A stretch of DNA of 41,915 nt from Acidobacteriota bacterium (GCA_040005235.1 JBDTZG010000047.1:1-41915), one strand, 5' to 3'. Shown: positions 1 to 10,176, counted from the first letter of the stretch. Numbers and translations are program-made. The notes: generated from the letters alone by a model not told the origin.

Positions 1-552
1 ACCGAGAGCCCCGATCTGGCGATCGCCTGCGTGGGAGGCGGCAGCAACTCGATCGGCCTGTTCACCGCATTTCTCGCCGACCCGAAGGTTCGAATGATCG
101 GCGTCGAGGCGGGCGGCCGGGGGAACGGCCCGGGGGAGCACGCCGCCCGTTTCGGGGGTCGGAGCCATGGCGGCAGCGCTCTCGGCGTGCTCCACGGCAC
201 GAGGACGATGGTGATTCAGGACGACGAAGGGCAGATCGGCCTCACCCATTCGGTTTCGGCCGGCCTCGACTATCCGGCGATCGGCCCGGAGCACGCTTGG
301 CTCGCCGAACGCGGCCGGATCGAGTACACGTCCGCCACCGACGCCCAGGCGATCGCGGCGTTTCATCGCACCGCCCGGACGGAAGGGATTCTGCCCGCGC
401 TCGAAAGTGCCCATGCGCTCGCCGAGACGATCCGCCGCGCGCCGCTGCTCTCGCGCAATGCGGTGATCCTGGTGAACCTTTCGGGGCGCGGCGACAAGGA
501 TCTCGATTCGGTGATCGAGTTCGATCGTACCCACGCGGAGGTAGCGTCATGA
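1..552 (+). CDS. trpB: Tryptophan synthase beta chain, C-terminal part (5' truncated by window edge)
   Basis: Frame open from base 1 ([16 protein letters not shown]). Motifs [44 protein letters not shown]. Confidence 0.97.
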   Translation, partial: TESPDLAIACVGGGSNSIGLFTAFLADPKVRMIGVEAGGRGNGPGEHAARFGGRSHGGSALGVLHGTRTMVIQDDEGQIGLTHSVSAGLDYPAIGPEHAWLAERGRIEYTSATDAQAIAAFHRTARTEGILPALESAHALAETIRRAPLLSRNAVILVNLSGRGDKDLDSVIEFDRTHAEVAS

Positions 553-1364
553 AGGCTCCCGTTCGAGCGATCGAGAAGGTGTTCGCGACCTGCCGCCGCG
601 AAAAGCGCGCGGCGTTCATTCCGTTCCTGATGGCGGGCGATCCCAGCCTGGCGATCACCGGCGAGCTGATCGAGGCGCTGGCCCGCGGAGGGGCGGACAT
701 CATCGAACTCGGCCTGCCGTTTTCCGATCCGATCGCCGACGGTCCCGTAAACCAACGTGCGGCAAATCGGGCGCTGGCGGCCGGCACCACCCTTTCCGCC
801 GTGCTGGAAACGGTCGCCAGGCACCGTCGGCGGGTAGGGGTACCGATCGTCCTCTTCACCTATTTCAACCCGCTCCACGCCCGTGGGCTCGAACGCTTCG
901 CCGAGCAGGCCGCGGGTTCCGGCGTCGATGGCGTGCTCTGCGTCGATCTCCCGCCGGAAGAGGGGGAGCGCGAGCTGGTGCCGATTCTCGACTCCCAGGG
1001 AATCGACTCGATCTACCTGCTCGCGCCGACCAGCACCAAGGAGCGCATCCGCCGCGCGGCGAAGGCGTCTTCCGGATTTCTCTACTACGTGTCGCGCACG
1101 GGGGTGACCGGCGAGCAGAAGGCTCTGGCCGGAGATCTCGCGGACGAGATCCGGCGCATGAAGAAAAAGCTGCCGCTGCCGCTGGCGGTCGGTTTCGGCA
1201 TTTCCACCCCGGAGCAGGTGCGGGAGGTGGGCGAGATCGCCGACGGCGTGGTGGTCGGGAGCGCCCTGGTTCGGCTGGTCGAAGAGTACGCGGAAGATCC
1301 CGATCTGGCCGAACGCCTCGAAGCGCGCGTCCGCGAGCTTTCCGCACCGCTCCGGCGCCGGTAG
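549..1364 (+). CDS. trpA: Tryptophan synthase alpha chain
   Basis: ATG at 549 overlaps the trpB stop (ATGA). Motifs [50 protein letters not shown]. Confidence 0.97.
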   Translation: MKAPVRAIEKVFATCRREKRAAFIPFLMAGDPSLAITGELIEALARGGADIIELGLPFSDPIADGPVNQRAANRALAAGTTLSAVLETVARHRRRVGVPIVLFTYFNPLHARGLERFAEQAAGSGVDGVLCVDLPPEEGERELVPILDSQGIDSIYLLAPTSTKERIRRAAKASSGFLYYVSRTGVTGEQKALAGDLADEIRRMKKKLPLPLAVGFGISTPEQVREVGEIADGVVVGSALVRLVEEYAEDPDLAERLEARVRELSAPLRRR

Positions 1365-1399
1365 GAAGTCCGAATTTTGAAACCCGACAGGAGAACGAG

Positions 1400-2080
1400 A
1401 TGCCTGAAGCTGTGACCCACACCCTCTCCGTTCCGGCGCGCGTCCACGGCACGGTGCTCTGCCGCGAACCGCTCGAAGAGAGGGGTACGGCTCCGCTCCT
1501 GGTCGGGTTCCACGGCTATGGCGAAAGCGCCGAACGTCATCTCGCAGAATTGGTGCGCATTCCCGGCACCGAAGGCTGGCGCGTGGCGGCGGTTCAGGCG
1601 CTCCATCCTTTCTATACCCGAACCCAGGAGGTGGTGGCCTCCTGGATGACCCGCTTCGACCGCGAGCATGCGATCGAGGACAACATCGCGTATGTCGTCG
1701 CGGCCATCGATCGTCTGCGCGAACGAAATCCCGGAGGCGAAGAAGGAAGACTGGTGTGCGCCGGATTTTCCCAAGGGGTGGCGATGGCCTACCGCGCGGC
1801 GGCCAAGCTCGGCACCCGCGGTGATCGCTGCGATGGAGTGATCGCGCTCGGAGGAGACGTGCCGCCCGAAATCTCCGATCGTGAGCTGGCCGGGCTCCCG
1901 GTTGTTCTCTTAGGCGCCGGAGTCGGCGAACCGTTCTACACCCCGGGCAAGCTCAACGCCGACATCGTCCGCCTTCGCGCCGCCGGAGTCGACGCCCGCC
2001 CCGCGCCGTTTGCCGGCGGGCACGAATGGACCGATGAATTCCGTGCGATCGCCGGGCGGTTCCTCGCGGAGCGGCTCTAG
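1400..2080 (+). CDS. Phospholipase/carboxylesterase-type alpha/beta hydrolase
   Basis: AGGAG RBS; FHGYG, nucleophile GFSQG, C-terminal GGHEW. Confidence 0.85.
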   Translation: MPEAVTHTLSVPARVHGTVLCREPLEERGTAPLLVGFHGYGESAERHLAELVRIPGTEGWRVAAVQALHPFYTRTQEVVASWMTRFDREHAIEDNIAYVVAAIDRLRERNPGGEEGRLVCAGFSQGVAMAYRAAAKLGTRGDRCDGVIALGGDVPPEISDRELAGLPVVLLGAGVGEPFYTPGKLNADIVRLRAAGVDARPAPFAGGHEWTDEFRAIAGRFLAERL

Positions 2081-2083
2081 ACG

Positions 2084-2659
2084 CTACTCGAAAGAAATCT
2101 TCGCGTAGACCTCGGATAGCGCAAGCCGCGCGCCGATCGACGACAGCTCGACTTCGGCCTCCAGACCGCGCGCCGTGGAATACAGCCAGATGCCGCTCTC
2201 CTGGCGGAGGAAGCGATCGATCAGCGGACTCTCCTGCGATACCAGCAGGTACTCGCGAAACGAAGGAATCGCCCGGTAGTGCTCGAACTTCTTGCCCCGG
2301 TCGTAGGCTTCGCTCGACGGTGAAAGCACCTCAATGAGGAGCGTCGGGTTGCGCAAAATGTCGCGCCGCCCGTCGGGACCGAAGAGCGGCTCGGCGCAGA
2401 CTACAGAAAGGTCGGGGTAGGTGTAGAGCCCTGACGCTTCGACCCAGACGCGCATGTCGCTGCCGTAGGTTTCGCAGAGACGCTCCCGCAGCTGGCTACT
2501 CAGTTCGCGAATGAGGTTCGCCGCGATCAGCGCATGCTCCCGGCTGCCGCCGGACATCGCGAACATCTCGCCGTCCAGGTATTCGCTTCGTTCCTCGGCC
2601 GCCCGGTCGAGGGCCAGGTAATCTTCAGGGGTGAGGTGCGGCTTGGGCTCAGGCAGCAT
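2084..2659 (-). CDS. Uma2 (DUF820) family PD-(D/E)XK endonuclease
   Basis: Real gene is the last 191 aa of the 965-aa ORF (ATG at 2659). Motifs TPEDYL, RSEYLDGEMFAMSGGSREH, YPDLSVVC, NPTLLIEVLSPSSEAYDRGKKF, EYLLVSQE. Confidence 0.92.
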   Translation of the reverse strand: MLPEPKPHLTPEDYLALDRAAEERSEYLDGEMFAMSGGSREHALIAANLIRELSSQLRERLCETYGSDMRVWVEASGLYTYPDLSVVCAEPLFGPDGRRDILRNPTLLIEVLSPSSEAYDRGKKFEHYRAIPSFREYLLVSQESPLIDRFLRQESGIWLYSTARGLEAEVELSSIGARLALSEVYAKISFE

Positions 2660-2712
2660 GGTGCCGGTGATTTTCGCACGAAGTGCGCCCGTTGGGCTTG
2701 GGGCGCTCCTCG

Positions 2713-4089
2713 CTACCCCAAGAACCCCAAGTCCGGCCGCGCGAAGCGGCCGAGGTTGGGGAAGACGTCGGCCAGGTTTCCCGGCGCCACGCCGAACCAT
2801 TTGGCGAGCGTTGCCGAATATTCGTCGACCGAGGTAGAGGGAATCCAGCGGCCCTGCTCGGTGTCGTCCGGTCCTTCGATCGCGAGAGTGGGCATCGCGC
2901 CGTAAATGTCTCCTCCCTGCACCGCGCCGCCGAGAATGAAGTGGTGGCCACCCCAGCCGTGGTCGGAGCCGTCGTCGTTGGCGGGGTAGGTGCGTCCGAA
3001 GTCCGAGGCGGTAAACGACGTCACCTGTTGGGCGATGCCCATCTCGACCGTCGCCTGGTAAAACGCGGTGAGCGACTGGTCGAGCTCTGCCAGCAGATCG
3101 GCCTGCGGGTTCAACTGGTCGCCATGGGTGTCGTAGCCGCCGGTCGCGACGAAGAAGATCTGGCGCTGCTGTTCGAGCGGGCTTCGCGCGCCGATCAGCC
3201 GGGCGACCATGCGCAGCTGGCGGCCGAGGTCGGTGTCGGGAAACTCGGTCGCGAGCGGCGGGATGCCGTTGATCGCCGCGCCGAGCATCTCGCCGTTGTC
3301 GATCGCCCGCTTTTTGATGCCGGCGTAGGCCCGCTCCAAGAGGTTCGAGTAGGGGGTTTCGAGCAGGCTCTTGATCGCCCTGGACGACGGATCGGCGAAC
3401 GGGCCGGAATCGTAATTGTCGAGGCCGAGCGCCCCTTCGGTCGAAACCTGATATTGCGTCACCTGGTTGCCGACCTGGAAGGTGTTCGTGCCCGCGACCG
3501 AAATGCTCATCGAGATTTGGGCGTTCGCATTTAGATTGCGCAGTAGGTCGGCCACCCGGCCGCCCCAGCCGGAGAGCGCCGGCCGGTCGGGGAGCGAGGT
3601 CATCCAATGCACTGTCTGGTCGCTGTGCGAAAAGAGCTGCGGCGGCAGGGCCGCGCTCCCCATCAAGTAATCGTCGCGCGTCACCGGGGCGACCAAGGGG
3701 CCCACGTTCGCGAGGATCGCGGCGTGCCGCTGGGCGAAAAGGTTGCGAATGCCGCCAAGGCTTGGGTGCAGCCCCCAGGAACGGCCGTCGGAATGAAGCG
3801 GCGCGATCGGCAGCAGGCTTGCGCGGGGGAGTGCGAGCGTGCCGCGCGCCGCAGCGTAATCGTTGTAGTCGAGCGTGCCCGTCGGGACGATCGTGTTGTT
3901 GCCGTCGTTGCCGCCGTAGAGGAAGACGCAGACGAGAGCCTTGTAGTCCCCCGCGTTGAACCGGGGCAGCGACGCGGCGGCGGCCACGCGGGTCAGATCG
4001 AAGACGGTGTTGGCGAGCGCCGCCGTGCCGACCGCAGTGCAGGCGGTGCGGAGGAATTCGCGGCGGGAGAATTCGGCTCGGGATTTCAT
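2713..4089 (-). CDS. DUF1501 domain protein with Tat signal peptide
   Basis: SRREFL twin-arginine motif; YKALVCVFLYGGNDGNN, LFSHSDQ, GGYDTH, SDFGRT, GSDHGWG. Lies downstream of DUF1800, as is typical. Confidence 0.92.
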   Translation of the reverse strand: MKSRAEFSRREFLRTACTAVGTAALANTVFDLTRVAAAASLPRFNAGDYKALVCVFLYGGNDGNNTIVPTGTLDYNDYAAARGTLALPRASLLPIAPLHSDGRSWGLHPSLGGIRNLFAQRHAAILANVGPLVAPVTRDDYLMGSAALPPQLFSHSDQTVHWMTSLPDRPALSGWGGRVADLLRNLNANAQISMSISVAGTNTFQVGNQVTQYQVSTEGALGLDNYDSGPFADPSSRAIKSLLETPYSNLLERAYAGIKKRAIDNGEMLGAAINGIPPLATEFPDTDLGRQLRMVARLIGARSPLEQQRQIFFVATGGYDTHGDQLNPQADLLAELDQSLTAFYQATVEMGIAQQVTSFTASDFGRTYPANDDGSDHGWGGHHFILGGAVQGGDIYGAMPTLAIEGPDDTEQGRWIPSTSVDEYSATLAKWFGVAPGNLADVFPNLGRFARPDLGFLG

Positions 4090-4101
4090 CGGCGGCGGCT
4101 C

Positions 4102-6846
4102 CTACTTCTGGATCACGAACTCGGGCGAGGTGGCGATCAGGTGGACGGCGGCCATCACCCGCTCTTGCGTTTCGGAAGCGGGGATCTCCGTGATCGCTTG
4201 GATCAGAATCGTGCGCATGGTCGAAGACATGCCGTTCGCCATCAACAACAGGTTCAGGCGATCGATCAACTGGGTGGGGTTGCCGGCGAGCGGCAGGACC
4301 TCCGAGTAGTCGGGCGTGACCTGATCGAGATCGTAGGAGACGCCTCGATAGACCGTGTCGCGGAAGAAGTTGGCGTTGCCGATCGCCGTGGTCTCGGTGG
4401 TGATCTTGAACTCGGGCGCCACCAGTCCGGCATCCGCGGTGGCGCCGGGCAGGACGTAGTTCGGCTCGAAGAAATTGAACACCGTGGGCGCGCGCAACGG
4501 GTTCTGCCCAAGCCCGTATTCCGGGCTTTCGAGGTTCCAGATCCGGAACTTGGCCGAGGGCGCCGTCGCGCGGAACGCGCGCAGGATCTGGCCGAGGCGG
4601 ACGATCGGCTCCTTCTGTTTGCCGAATCCTTGTTGCGTCGTCACCGTCTCGGCGCGCGCCTCGTAATCGAGCAGGATCGCTCGGAGCACCGCCTTCATGT
4701 CGCCCCGCACCCCCGCTCCGTTGTCGGCGAAGGCCTGGGCGCAGCGGTAGAGATAGCCCGGGCTCGGGTTGCTGGTAACCAGCCGTTGGATCAATCCGTG
4801 GCAGAGGAACGGGCCGACGTTCGCATGGGCGTAGATCGCGTCGAGCGCATCGCGCAGGTCGTCCTCCGGCGACTGGCCGGGCGGTAGAGTCTGGCCGTCC
4901 AGCAGGAGCTTCTGGCCCGGCGAATGATGGTCGGGCCAGGCCTGCATCGGCTCGCGCCACTCCTCGTTCGGCCAATACCAACCGTCGTCGTCGAGCGGGT
5001 TGCCGGCGAAATTCCAGCCGGTGAAGACGTGGGCGAAGCCCATCACCACCGACTGGTCGTAGGTCGGGATCGGCTGCACCTGGCCGTCGAGCGCGAGCGT
5101 GCCGTCCGGATTCAGCTGGTAGAGGCCGATCGAGAAGAGCTGCAGGATCTCTCGCGCGTAATTCTCGTTCGGGCTGCGCATCGCCTCAAGATCTTCCCGA
5201 TCGTTCCCCCGCATGTTCAGGAACTCGCCCATCGCCGGGGAAAGCGTCACGTCTTCGAGCAGCTGGCGGAAATTGCCGAAGGCGTCGTGCTCCAGCACGT
5301 CGAGATACCCGGCCACGCCGAACGGCTGGTTCTGAAGCGCGCCGCTGTCGTCCGAGACGACGAAAATCTCGGAGAGCGCGAGGGCGGTCCGCTGGCGCAG
5401 TTGATCGTGGCGGGTGAGCGCCTGCTCCCAGAAGCTCTCCATCACCTGGTTCGAATAGATGTCCTCGCCGGCCGCCGCCGCGGCGTCGAGATAGGCGAGG
5501 TGCGAGGCACCGATCGGGTCGTCGAACTGGTCGGCGAGCCAGGTGTTGTAGCCGCGCGTCTGGACGTCGGTGATGTCCTCGAATCGCGGTCCGTAGGTCG
5601 CCTGGGTGAGAAACCGCGCGGCGTCGCGCGCGCTGGGGGGGCCGGGCGGAAGCGAGGGCGGCGGGAGCGGCGGCACGAACACCTGGGAACCCGCCGCGAG
5701 CCGGTAGTGACCCCGGATCTCGCCGTTCGGATAGCGCGAGCTATGAAGGTTGATGTAGAGCCGCCCGGCGCGCAGCGCTTCGACGATCTGGGCGACGGTG
5801 GTGGGGCCGGCGGGAGCGAAGACCCAGATGCGCGAGCCGTCGGGTTGGGTCGGCGCGGTGTCGAGGTCGAACAGAATCGGACCTGAGGTCCCGGGGTCGG
5901 CCGGGCCGTGAATGTGGCCCGCGATGCGCGGCGTCGTCAGGTTGGAGAAGTTGAACTGCACGCGCGCGGAGAGCGCATCCGCCGAGAGCAGCAGCGTCGA
6001 GGTGCCGGTACCGGCCGAGATCGAGCTTCCCTCGGGCGCGAGCGTCGCAATGTAGAGCGTCGGCTGGCCGAGCAGGTTGTAGAAGCCGGAGACGGGTGCC
6101 GAATCCGCGAGACCGTCGAGATACGCGATTGCGCGCACGGTGGCCGGCGTGCCGAGCGCCACGGGACCGGTATAGACCTGGCCGACCGTCCGGGTTGGAA
6201 CGGTGCCGTCGGTCGTGAATCGGATCGTCACGCCGGGGGTGCTCGAAAAGATCTGGATCGACTGCGCGCCCGCATAGGTGCCGGGCGGAGGCAGGAGCGC
6301 CGGGGCGGCCGCCGTTCCCGGGGCTACGCCCGAATCGGTGAAGTAGCCGTTCACGTCGAGGATCAAATGCGCCGCGCCGCTCGCCTGGCCGAGATAGATC
6401 TCGACGCCGCCGCCGGGGCCGAGCGCCAGGATCGCGTTGTTGGTCCGCGTCTGCCCTGCCCGGTAGTTGAGCTGCGACGTGACCGGCCGCACCGTGCTCG
6501 CCGGATAGGCGGTGACGAAGCCGGCGGTCGTCGGAGCGGTGATCGTCAGGTTGGCCGAGATCGCCGCCGCATCGGTCGCGATCCCGCACCGCCCGGCAAA
6601 CGTGAAGGATCGCGAGATATTGAACGACAGAGACGGCCCGCCGAAGGCGCCGCCCGGATCGCGGGTGTCGAGCAGCCGACAGGGTGCCACGGTATAGAAG
6701 TTTGAGGCCTGAGCCCGGAGGGGGTGAGGGGCGAGCGCAAACAGCAACGACAGCGAAAGGGAGGCGAGCAGGGTGAGCCCCGGGGCGGAAGCCGCCCGGC
6801 GGAACCAGAAGGCGAACGTCCTGCTTCGCGCGGGCCTCTCGCACAT
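4102..6846 (-). CDS. Secreted DUF1800 family protein with N-terminal beta-rich domain, chitobiase/FN3-associated domain and CHRD domain
   Basis: Signal-like N-terminus; TVAPCRLLDTR...LILDVNGYF; PPPGTY...IRFTTDGTVP; CHRD motifs GHIHGPA and LYINLHSSRYPNGEIRG; DUF1800 motifs AARFLTQATYGP, QLRQRTALALSEIFVVS, PNENYAREILQLFSIG. Confidence 0.88.
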   Translation of the reverse strand: MCERPARSRTFAFWFRRAASAPGLTLLASLSLSLLFALAPHPLRAQASNFYTVAPCRLLDTRDPGGAFGGPSLSFNISRSFTFAGRCGIATDAAAISANLTITAPTTAGFVTAYPASTVRPVTSQLNYRAGQTRTNNAILALGPGGGVEIYLGQASGAAHLILDVNGYFTDSGVAPGTAAAPALLPPPGTYAGAQSIQIFSSTPGVTIRFTTDGTVPTRTVGQVYTGPVALGTPATVRAIAYLDGLADSAPVSGFYNLLGQPTLYIATLAPEGSSISAGTGTSTLLLSADALSARVQFNFSNLTTPRIAGHIHGPADPGTSGPILFDLDTAPTQPDGSRIWVFAPAGPTTVAQIVEALRAGRLYINLHSSRYPNGEIRGHYRLAAGSQVFVPPLPPPSLPPGPPSARDAARFLTQATYGPRFEDITDVQTRGYNTWLADQFDDPIGASHLAYLDAAAAAGEDIYSNQVMESFWEQALTRHDQLRQRTALALSEIFVVSDDSGALQNQPFGVAGYLDVLEHDAFGNFRQLLEDVTLSPAMGEFLNMRGNDREDLEAMRSPNENYAREILQLFSIGLYQLNPDGTLALDGQVQPIPTYDQSVVMGFAHVFTGWNFAGNPLDDDGWYWPNEEWREPMQAWPDHHSPGQKLLLDGQTLPPGQSPEDDLRDALDAIYAHANVGPFLCHGLIQRLVTSNPSPGYLYRCAQAFADNGAGVRGDMKAVLRAILLDYEARAETVTTQQGFGKQKEPIVRLGQILRAFRATAPSAKFRIWNLESPEYGLGQNPLRAPTVFNFFEPNYVLPGATADAGLVAPEFKITTETTAIGNANFFRDTVYRGVSYDLDQVTPDYSEVLPLAGNPTQLIDRLNLLLMANGMSSTMRTILIQAITEIPASETQERVMAAVHLIATSPEFVIQK

Positions 6847-6992
6847 GCCTCTCGACCTCCGACGCCTCCTCGTGGGAAGCGGACTCGAACAGGATTCGAG
6901 CCCCGATCATCGCGGTTCGGCGGGGGCAAGTCAAATTATTTGCATGGGTGTATTTCTTGCGAGACGCGGCTCGCCGGGTTCTCTTCGATGCC

Positions 6993-8657
6993 CTAGGTCT
7001 GCAGCACCCCGGTCCGGAACTCCGGCAGGTTCGGATTGCAAGCGACGGCGGCGAGCGACCTGGCGAGGACCTCGCGGGTCTCGGCGGGGTCGATGATCGC
7101 GTCGACCCACAGGCGGGCCGCGGCGTAGCGGGGGTTCATCGCGGCGTCGTAGCGGGCTTTGATCTCACGCAGGCGCTCGGTCTTTTCCTCTTCGGACACG
7201 TCCGCGCCGCGGTTCTTGAGCTGGATCGAAAGGAGGGTCTTGGAGGCTTGCTCGCCGCCCATGACCGCGATCGACGCCGAGGGCCAGGCATAGAGGAAGC
7301 GGGCGCCATAGGCTTTTCCGCACATCGCGTAGTTACCCGCGCCGTAGGAGTTGCCGACGAACAGGGTAATCTTTGGCACGACCGAGTTGGCAACCGCGTT
7401 CACCATCTTGGCGCCGTCCTTGATGATCCCGCCCCGCTCCGCGCGGCTGCCGACCATGAAGCCCGTGACGTCCTGGATAAACAGCAGCGGAATCCCTTTC
7501 TGGTTGCACAGCTCGACGAAGCGGGCGCCCTTGGCGGCCGAGTCCGAATAGATCACGCCGCCGATTTGCAGCTCCTTGTCGGCCTCGGCTGTCCCCGTCT
7601 TCCGCGCCACGATCGAGCGCTGGTTCGCGACGATCCCGACCGCCCGGCCGCCGATCCAGCCGGTTCCGCAGACGAGAGTTCGGCCGTGGGTCGCCTTGTA
7701 TTCGTCGAAGTCGCTGCCGTCGAGCAGCCGGGCGAGCAGCTCGTAAGTGTCGTACGGCTTGTTCCGTTCGACCGGCATCACACCGTACAGCTCCTCGGTC
7801 GAATAGAGGGGCGCCTGTGCCTCTCTGCGGGCGAACGGCGCCGTGGCGCCTACGACCAGCTGCGCGAACTGGCTGCGGATCTTCGCCAGGCAGGACGCAT
7901 CGTCCGGGTGGCGGTGGTCGACCACGCCCGAGATGTCGCACTGGACGAGCGCCCCTCCCAGCTCCTCGTTGTCGATCTTTTCGCCGATGGCGGCCTGCAC
8001 CAGATGGGAACCGGCGAGGAAAATCGATCCGGTCCCTTCGACGATGTGCGACTCGTCGCTCATGATCGGCAGGTAGGCCCCTCCCGCGACGCACGAGCCC
8101 ATGATCGCGGCCATCTGGAAGATACCTTCCGCCGACAGCCGCGCGTTGTTGTAAAACGCCCGGCCGAAGTGGTCGCGGTCGGGAAAGATCTCATCCTGCA
8201 TCGGCAGGAAGACTCCGGCGGAATCGACCAGGTAGACGATCGGCAGGCGATTTTCGAGCGCGAATTCCTGCGCGCGGAGGACCTTCTTGGCAGTGAGCGG
8301 AAACCACGCCCCCGCCTTCACCGTGGCGTCGTTCGAAACCACCACCACGTCGCGGCCGTGGATCGAGCCGAGGCCCGTCACCACCCCCGCGGCCGGAGCG
8401 CCGCCGTATTCTTGGTAAAAGCCGTAGGCGGTCCAGAGCCCCAACTCCAGAAACGGCGCGCCTGGGTCGCACAGGGCGGCGACCCGCTCGCGCGCGGTCA
8501 TCTTTCCCTGGCCACGCTGTTTCGTTTGCGCCTTCTCGCCGCCGCCCAGGCGGATCTTCGCCTCTTCGCCGCGCAGCCGTTCGACCTCCGCGCGCCAGTG
8601 GGCCGCGTTTCGATCGAACGTCTCGTTTTTCGCCAGCTTGCTCTCGATGATCGCCAC
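6993..8657 (-). CDS. Acyl-CoA carboxylase carboxyltransferase (beta) subunit, methylcrotonyl-CoA carboxylase-like
   Basis: GKMTARER, NDATVKAG, YLVDSAGVFLPMQDE, GSCVAGGAY, QDVTGFMVG, SYGAGNYAMCG, AARLWVDAIIDP. GTG start with GGGGAG RBS. Confidence 0.92.
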   Translation of the reverse strand: MAIIESKLAKNETFDRNAAHWRAEVERLRGEEAKIRLGGGEKAQTKQRGQGKMTARERVAALCDPGAPFLELGLWTAYGFYQEYGGAPAAGVVTGLGSIHGRDVVVVSNDATVKAGAWFPLTAKKVLRAQEFALENRLPIVYLVDSAGVFLPMQDEIFPDRDHFGRAFYNNARLSAEGIFQMAAIMGSCVAGGAYLPIMSDESHIVEGTGSIFLAGSHLVQAAIGEKIDNEELGGALVQCDISGVVDHRHPDDASCLAKIRSQFAQLVVGATAPFARREAQAPLYSTEELYGVMPVERNKPYDTYELLARLLDGSDFDEYKATHGRTLVCGTGWIGGRAVGIVANQRSIVARKTGTAEADKELQIGGVIYSDSAAKGARFVELCNQKGIPLLFIQDVTGFMVGSRAERGGIIKDGAKMVNAVANSVVPKITLFVGNSYGAGNYAMCGKAYGARFLYAWPSASIAVMGGEQASKTLLSIQLKNRGADVSEEEKTERLREIKARYDAAMNPRYAAARLWVDAIIDPAETREVLARSLAAVACNPNLPEFRTGVLQT

Positions 8658-8736
8658 GCCACCTCCCCGGAGGAAAAGACGCTGGATTCTACGTTCCGGC
8701 GGGGGGTGGGCACCAGCGGTGCGGCCGAGGGAACTT

Positions 8737-9297
8737 TTAGGCGGCCGGCCAGAGCAGCCGGAAGACCAGGCCGGTGGTTACGCCGTAGATCAGGCCGTCG
8801 ATGAACCCGCGAATCACGTTTCCCAGTGGCTCGCCTTTCCAGATCCCCGCCTGGAGACTGCTGAATCCATAGGCGGCGAACGACACGGCGCCGGTGATCC
8901 GCAGCACTTCGAGTGGATCCGTTCCGGGCGAGAGGGTGTGCCGGGCAACATAGGCGGTGACGACGCTCGCTAACAGGCAGAATCCCAGCCACTGGCCAAG
9001 GTACTTGCCCATCGCGGGCGGACCGTTTTTCATCACAGTGAGCAGTCCGACCGGGCCGTCCGTGTACTTCTTCTGGAACGCGGGGTCTTTCATCTGCTTG
9101 CCATCCGTGCAATACGGGATGGGGTAGATCCCGGGCGAGGGCGCCACGCCGCGGATCGCCGAAGCGATGCCGTCTTCATTCGAGAGCCGTTTGTAGTCGG
9201 CCCGATGGTATTTGAGCACCATGTGAAGGATGGCGCTGACGATCCAGACCGCGATAGCCGAAACGACGACGGGCAGCCACAAGCTTCCGAAGGGCAT
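8737..9297 (-). CDS. Conserved hypothetical membrane protein (about 4 TM segments)
   Basis: GAGGAG RBS before ATG 9297; hydrophobic segments LWLPVVVSAIAVWIVSAIL, WLGFCLLASVVTAY, DGLIYGVTTGLVF. Confidence 0.8.
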   Translation of the reverse strand: MPFGSLWLPVVVSAIAVWIVSAILHMVLKYHRADYKRLSNEDGIASAIRGVAPSPGIYPIPYCTDGKQMKDPAFQKKYTDGPVGLLTVMKNGPPAMGKYLGQWLGFCLLASVVTAYVARHTLSPGTDPLEVLRITGAVSFAAYGFSSLQAGIWKGEPLGNVIRGFIDGLIYGVTTGLVFRLLWPAA

Positions 9298-9395
9298 GAC
9301 GGGCTCCTCAAAGGTGGGAACAGGTTGTGCGGCGATCTTGCCACAGGATCGGACGAAAGATCTCAAGCGCTTCGCGCGCTATCCTTTCGCCCACG

Positions 9396-10109
9396 ATGCG
9401 CATTCGCCTGCTCGCTTTCGCCACCGCCGCCGACGCCCTGGGCTCTGAGCGGGACCTCGATCTACCGTCCGGAGCGACCGTCTCCGTCCTCCGAGACCTC
9501 CTGATCGCCGACTTCCCCGCGCTCGGCCGCCTGTGGCCTCGCCTGGCGATCGCGATCGACGGCCGCTTGGTGCAGTTGGAAGAAGAGATTCCGGAAGGCG
9601 CCGAGGTGGCGCTGCTCCCTCCGGTCTCGGGAGGCGCGCCCGATGCCGAGCCGGCGGGAAACCGAGCGGCGCTCACCGACGAGGCAATCGACGTCGCGTC
9701 GATCTCCGCCGCCGTCTCGGGACCGGGTCGCGGCGCGATCGTCCTCTTCCTCGGTACCGTGCGAAACGCCCACGCCGGGCGCGAGGTGACGGCGCTCACC
9801 TACTCGGCCTATCGCAGAATGGCGGAACAAAAGCTCGGAGAGATCGTCGCCGACCTTGAAGCGCAGGGAACGGACCTGCGCGCGTCCATCGTCCACCGGC
9901 TGGGCGACGTGCCGGTGGGAGAACCGAGCGTAGTCATCGCCATCGCCTCTCCCCACCGCGCCGCCGCTTACGAGGCGAGCCGAACCGCGCTCGAACGCTT
10001 GAAGGCGGAAGTGCCGATCTGGAAACGCGAACGCTACGCCGACGGCTCGGAGGTTTGGCGCGAGGAAGAGCCGCTGGGGGAGGGGAGCGTCCCGTCAGGG
10101 ACGCCGTAA
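9396..10109 (+). CDS. moaE: Molybdopterin synthase MoaD-MoaE fusion (MoaX-like)
   Basis: Ubiquitin-like N-terminal part ending in EVALLPPVSGG (aa 80), then MoaE motifs GAIVLFLGTVR, HRLGDVPVGEPSV, SPHRAAAYEA, LKAEVPIWKRE. Confidence 0.92.
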   Translation: MRIRLLAFATAADALGSERDLDLPSGATVSVLRDLLIADFPALGRLWPRLAIAIDGRLVQLEEEIPEGAEVALLPPVSGGAPDAEPAGNRAALTDEAIDVASISAAVSGPGRGAIVLFLGTVRNAHAGREVTALTYSAYRRMAEQKLGEIVADLEAQGTDLRASIVHRLGDVPVGEPSVVIAIASPHRAAAYEASRTALERLKAEVPIWKRERYADGSEVWREEEPLGEGSVPSGTP

Positions 10110-10113
10110 TCTA

Positions 10114-10176
10114 GCGAGGGATTTCAATCCCTCGCGGGGCTGGAAGGCCGATCGCGAGCGATTGAAAATCCCTCGC
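10114..10176. repeat. REP-like palindrome doublet in inverted orientation
   Basis: GCGAGGGAT-TTCA-ATCCCTCGC (10114-10135) and a near-identical inverted copy GCGAGCGATTGAAAATCCCTCGC (10154-10176), 18 bp apart, between convergent genes. Confidence 0.7.

Noticed and set aside
2660-4981. 965-aa ORF as a long Uma2 fusion
   Set aside because: The upstream part is an Arg/Pro-rich off-frame shadow of DUF1501/DUF1800; only the last 191 aa are Uma2.
6870-6925. tRNA-like fragment (GGATTCGAGCCC)
   Set aside because: No cloverleaf, acceptor stem or CCA, and no integrase nearby.
6948-8804. 618-aa plus-strand ORF (likewise 13226-15112, 30958-32388, 15485-16801)
   Set aside because: Antisense shadows of well-supported genes, expected at high GC.
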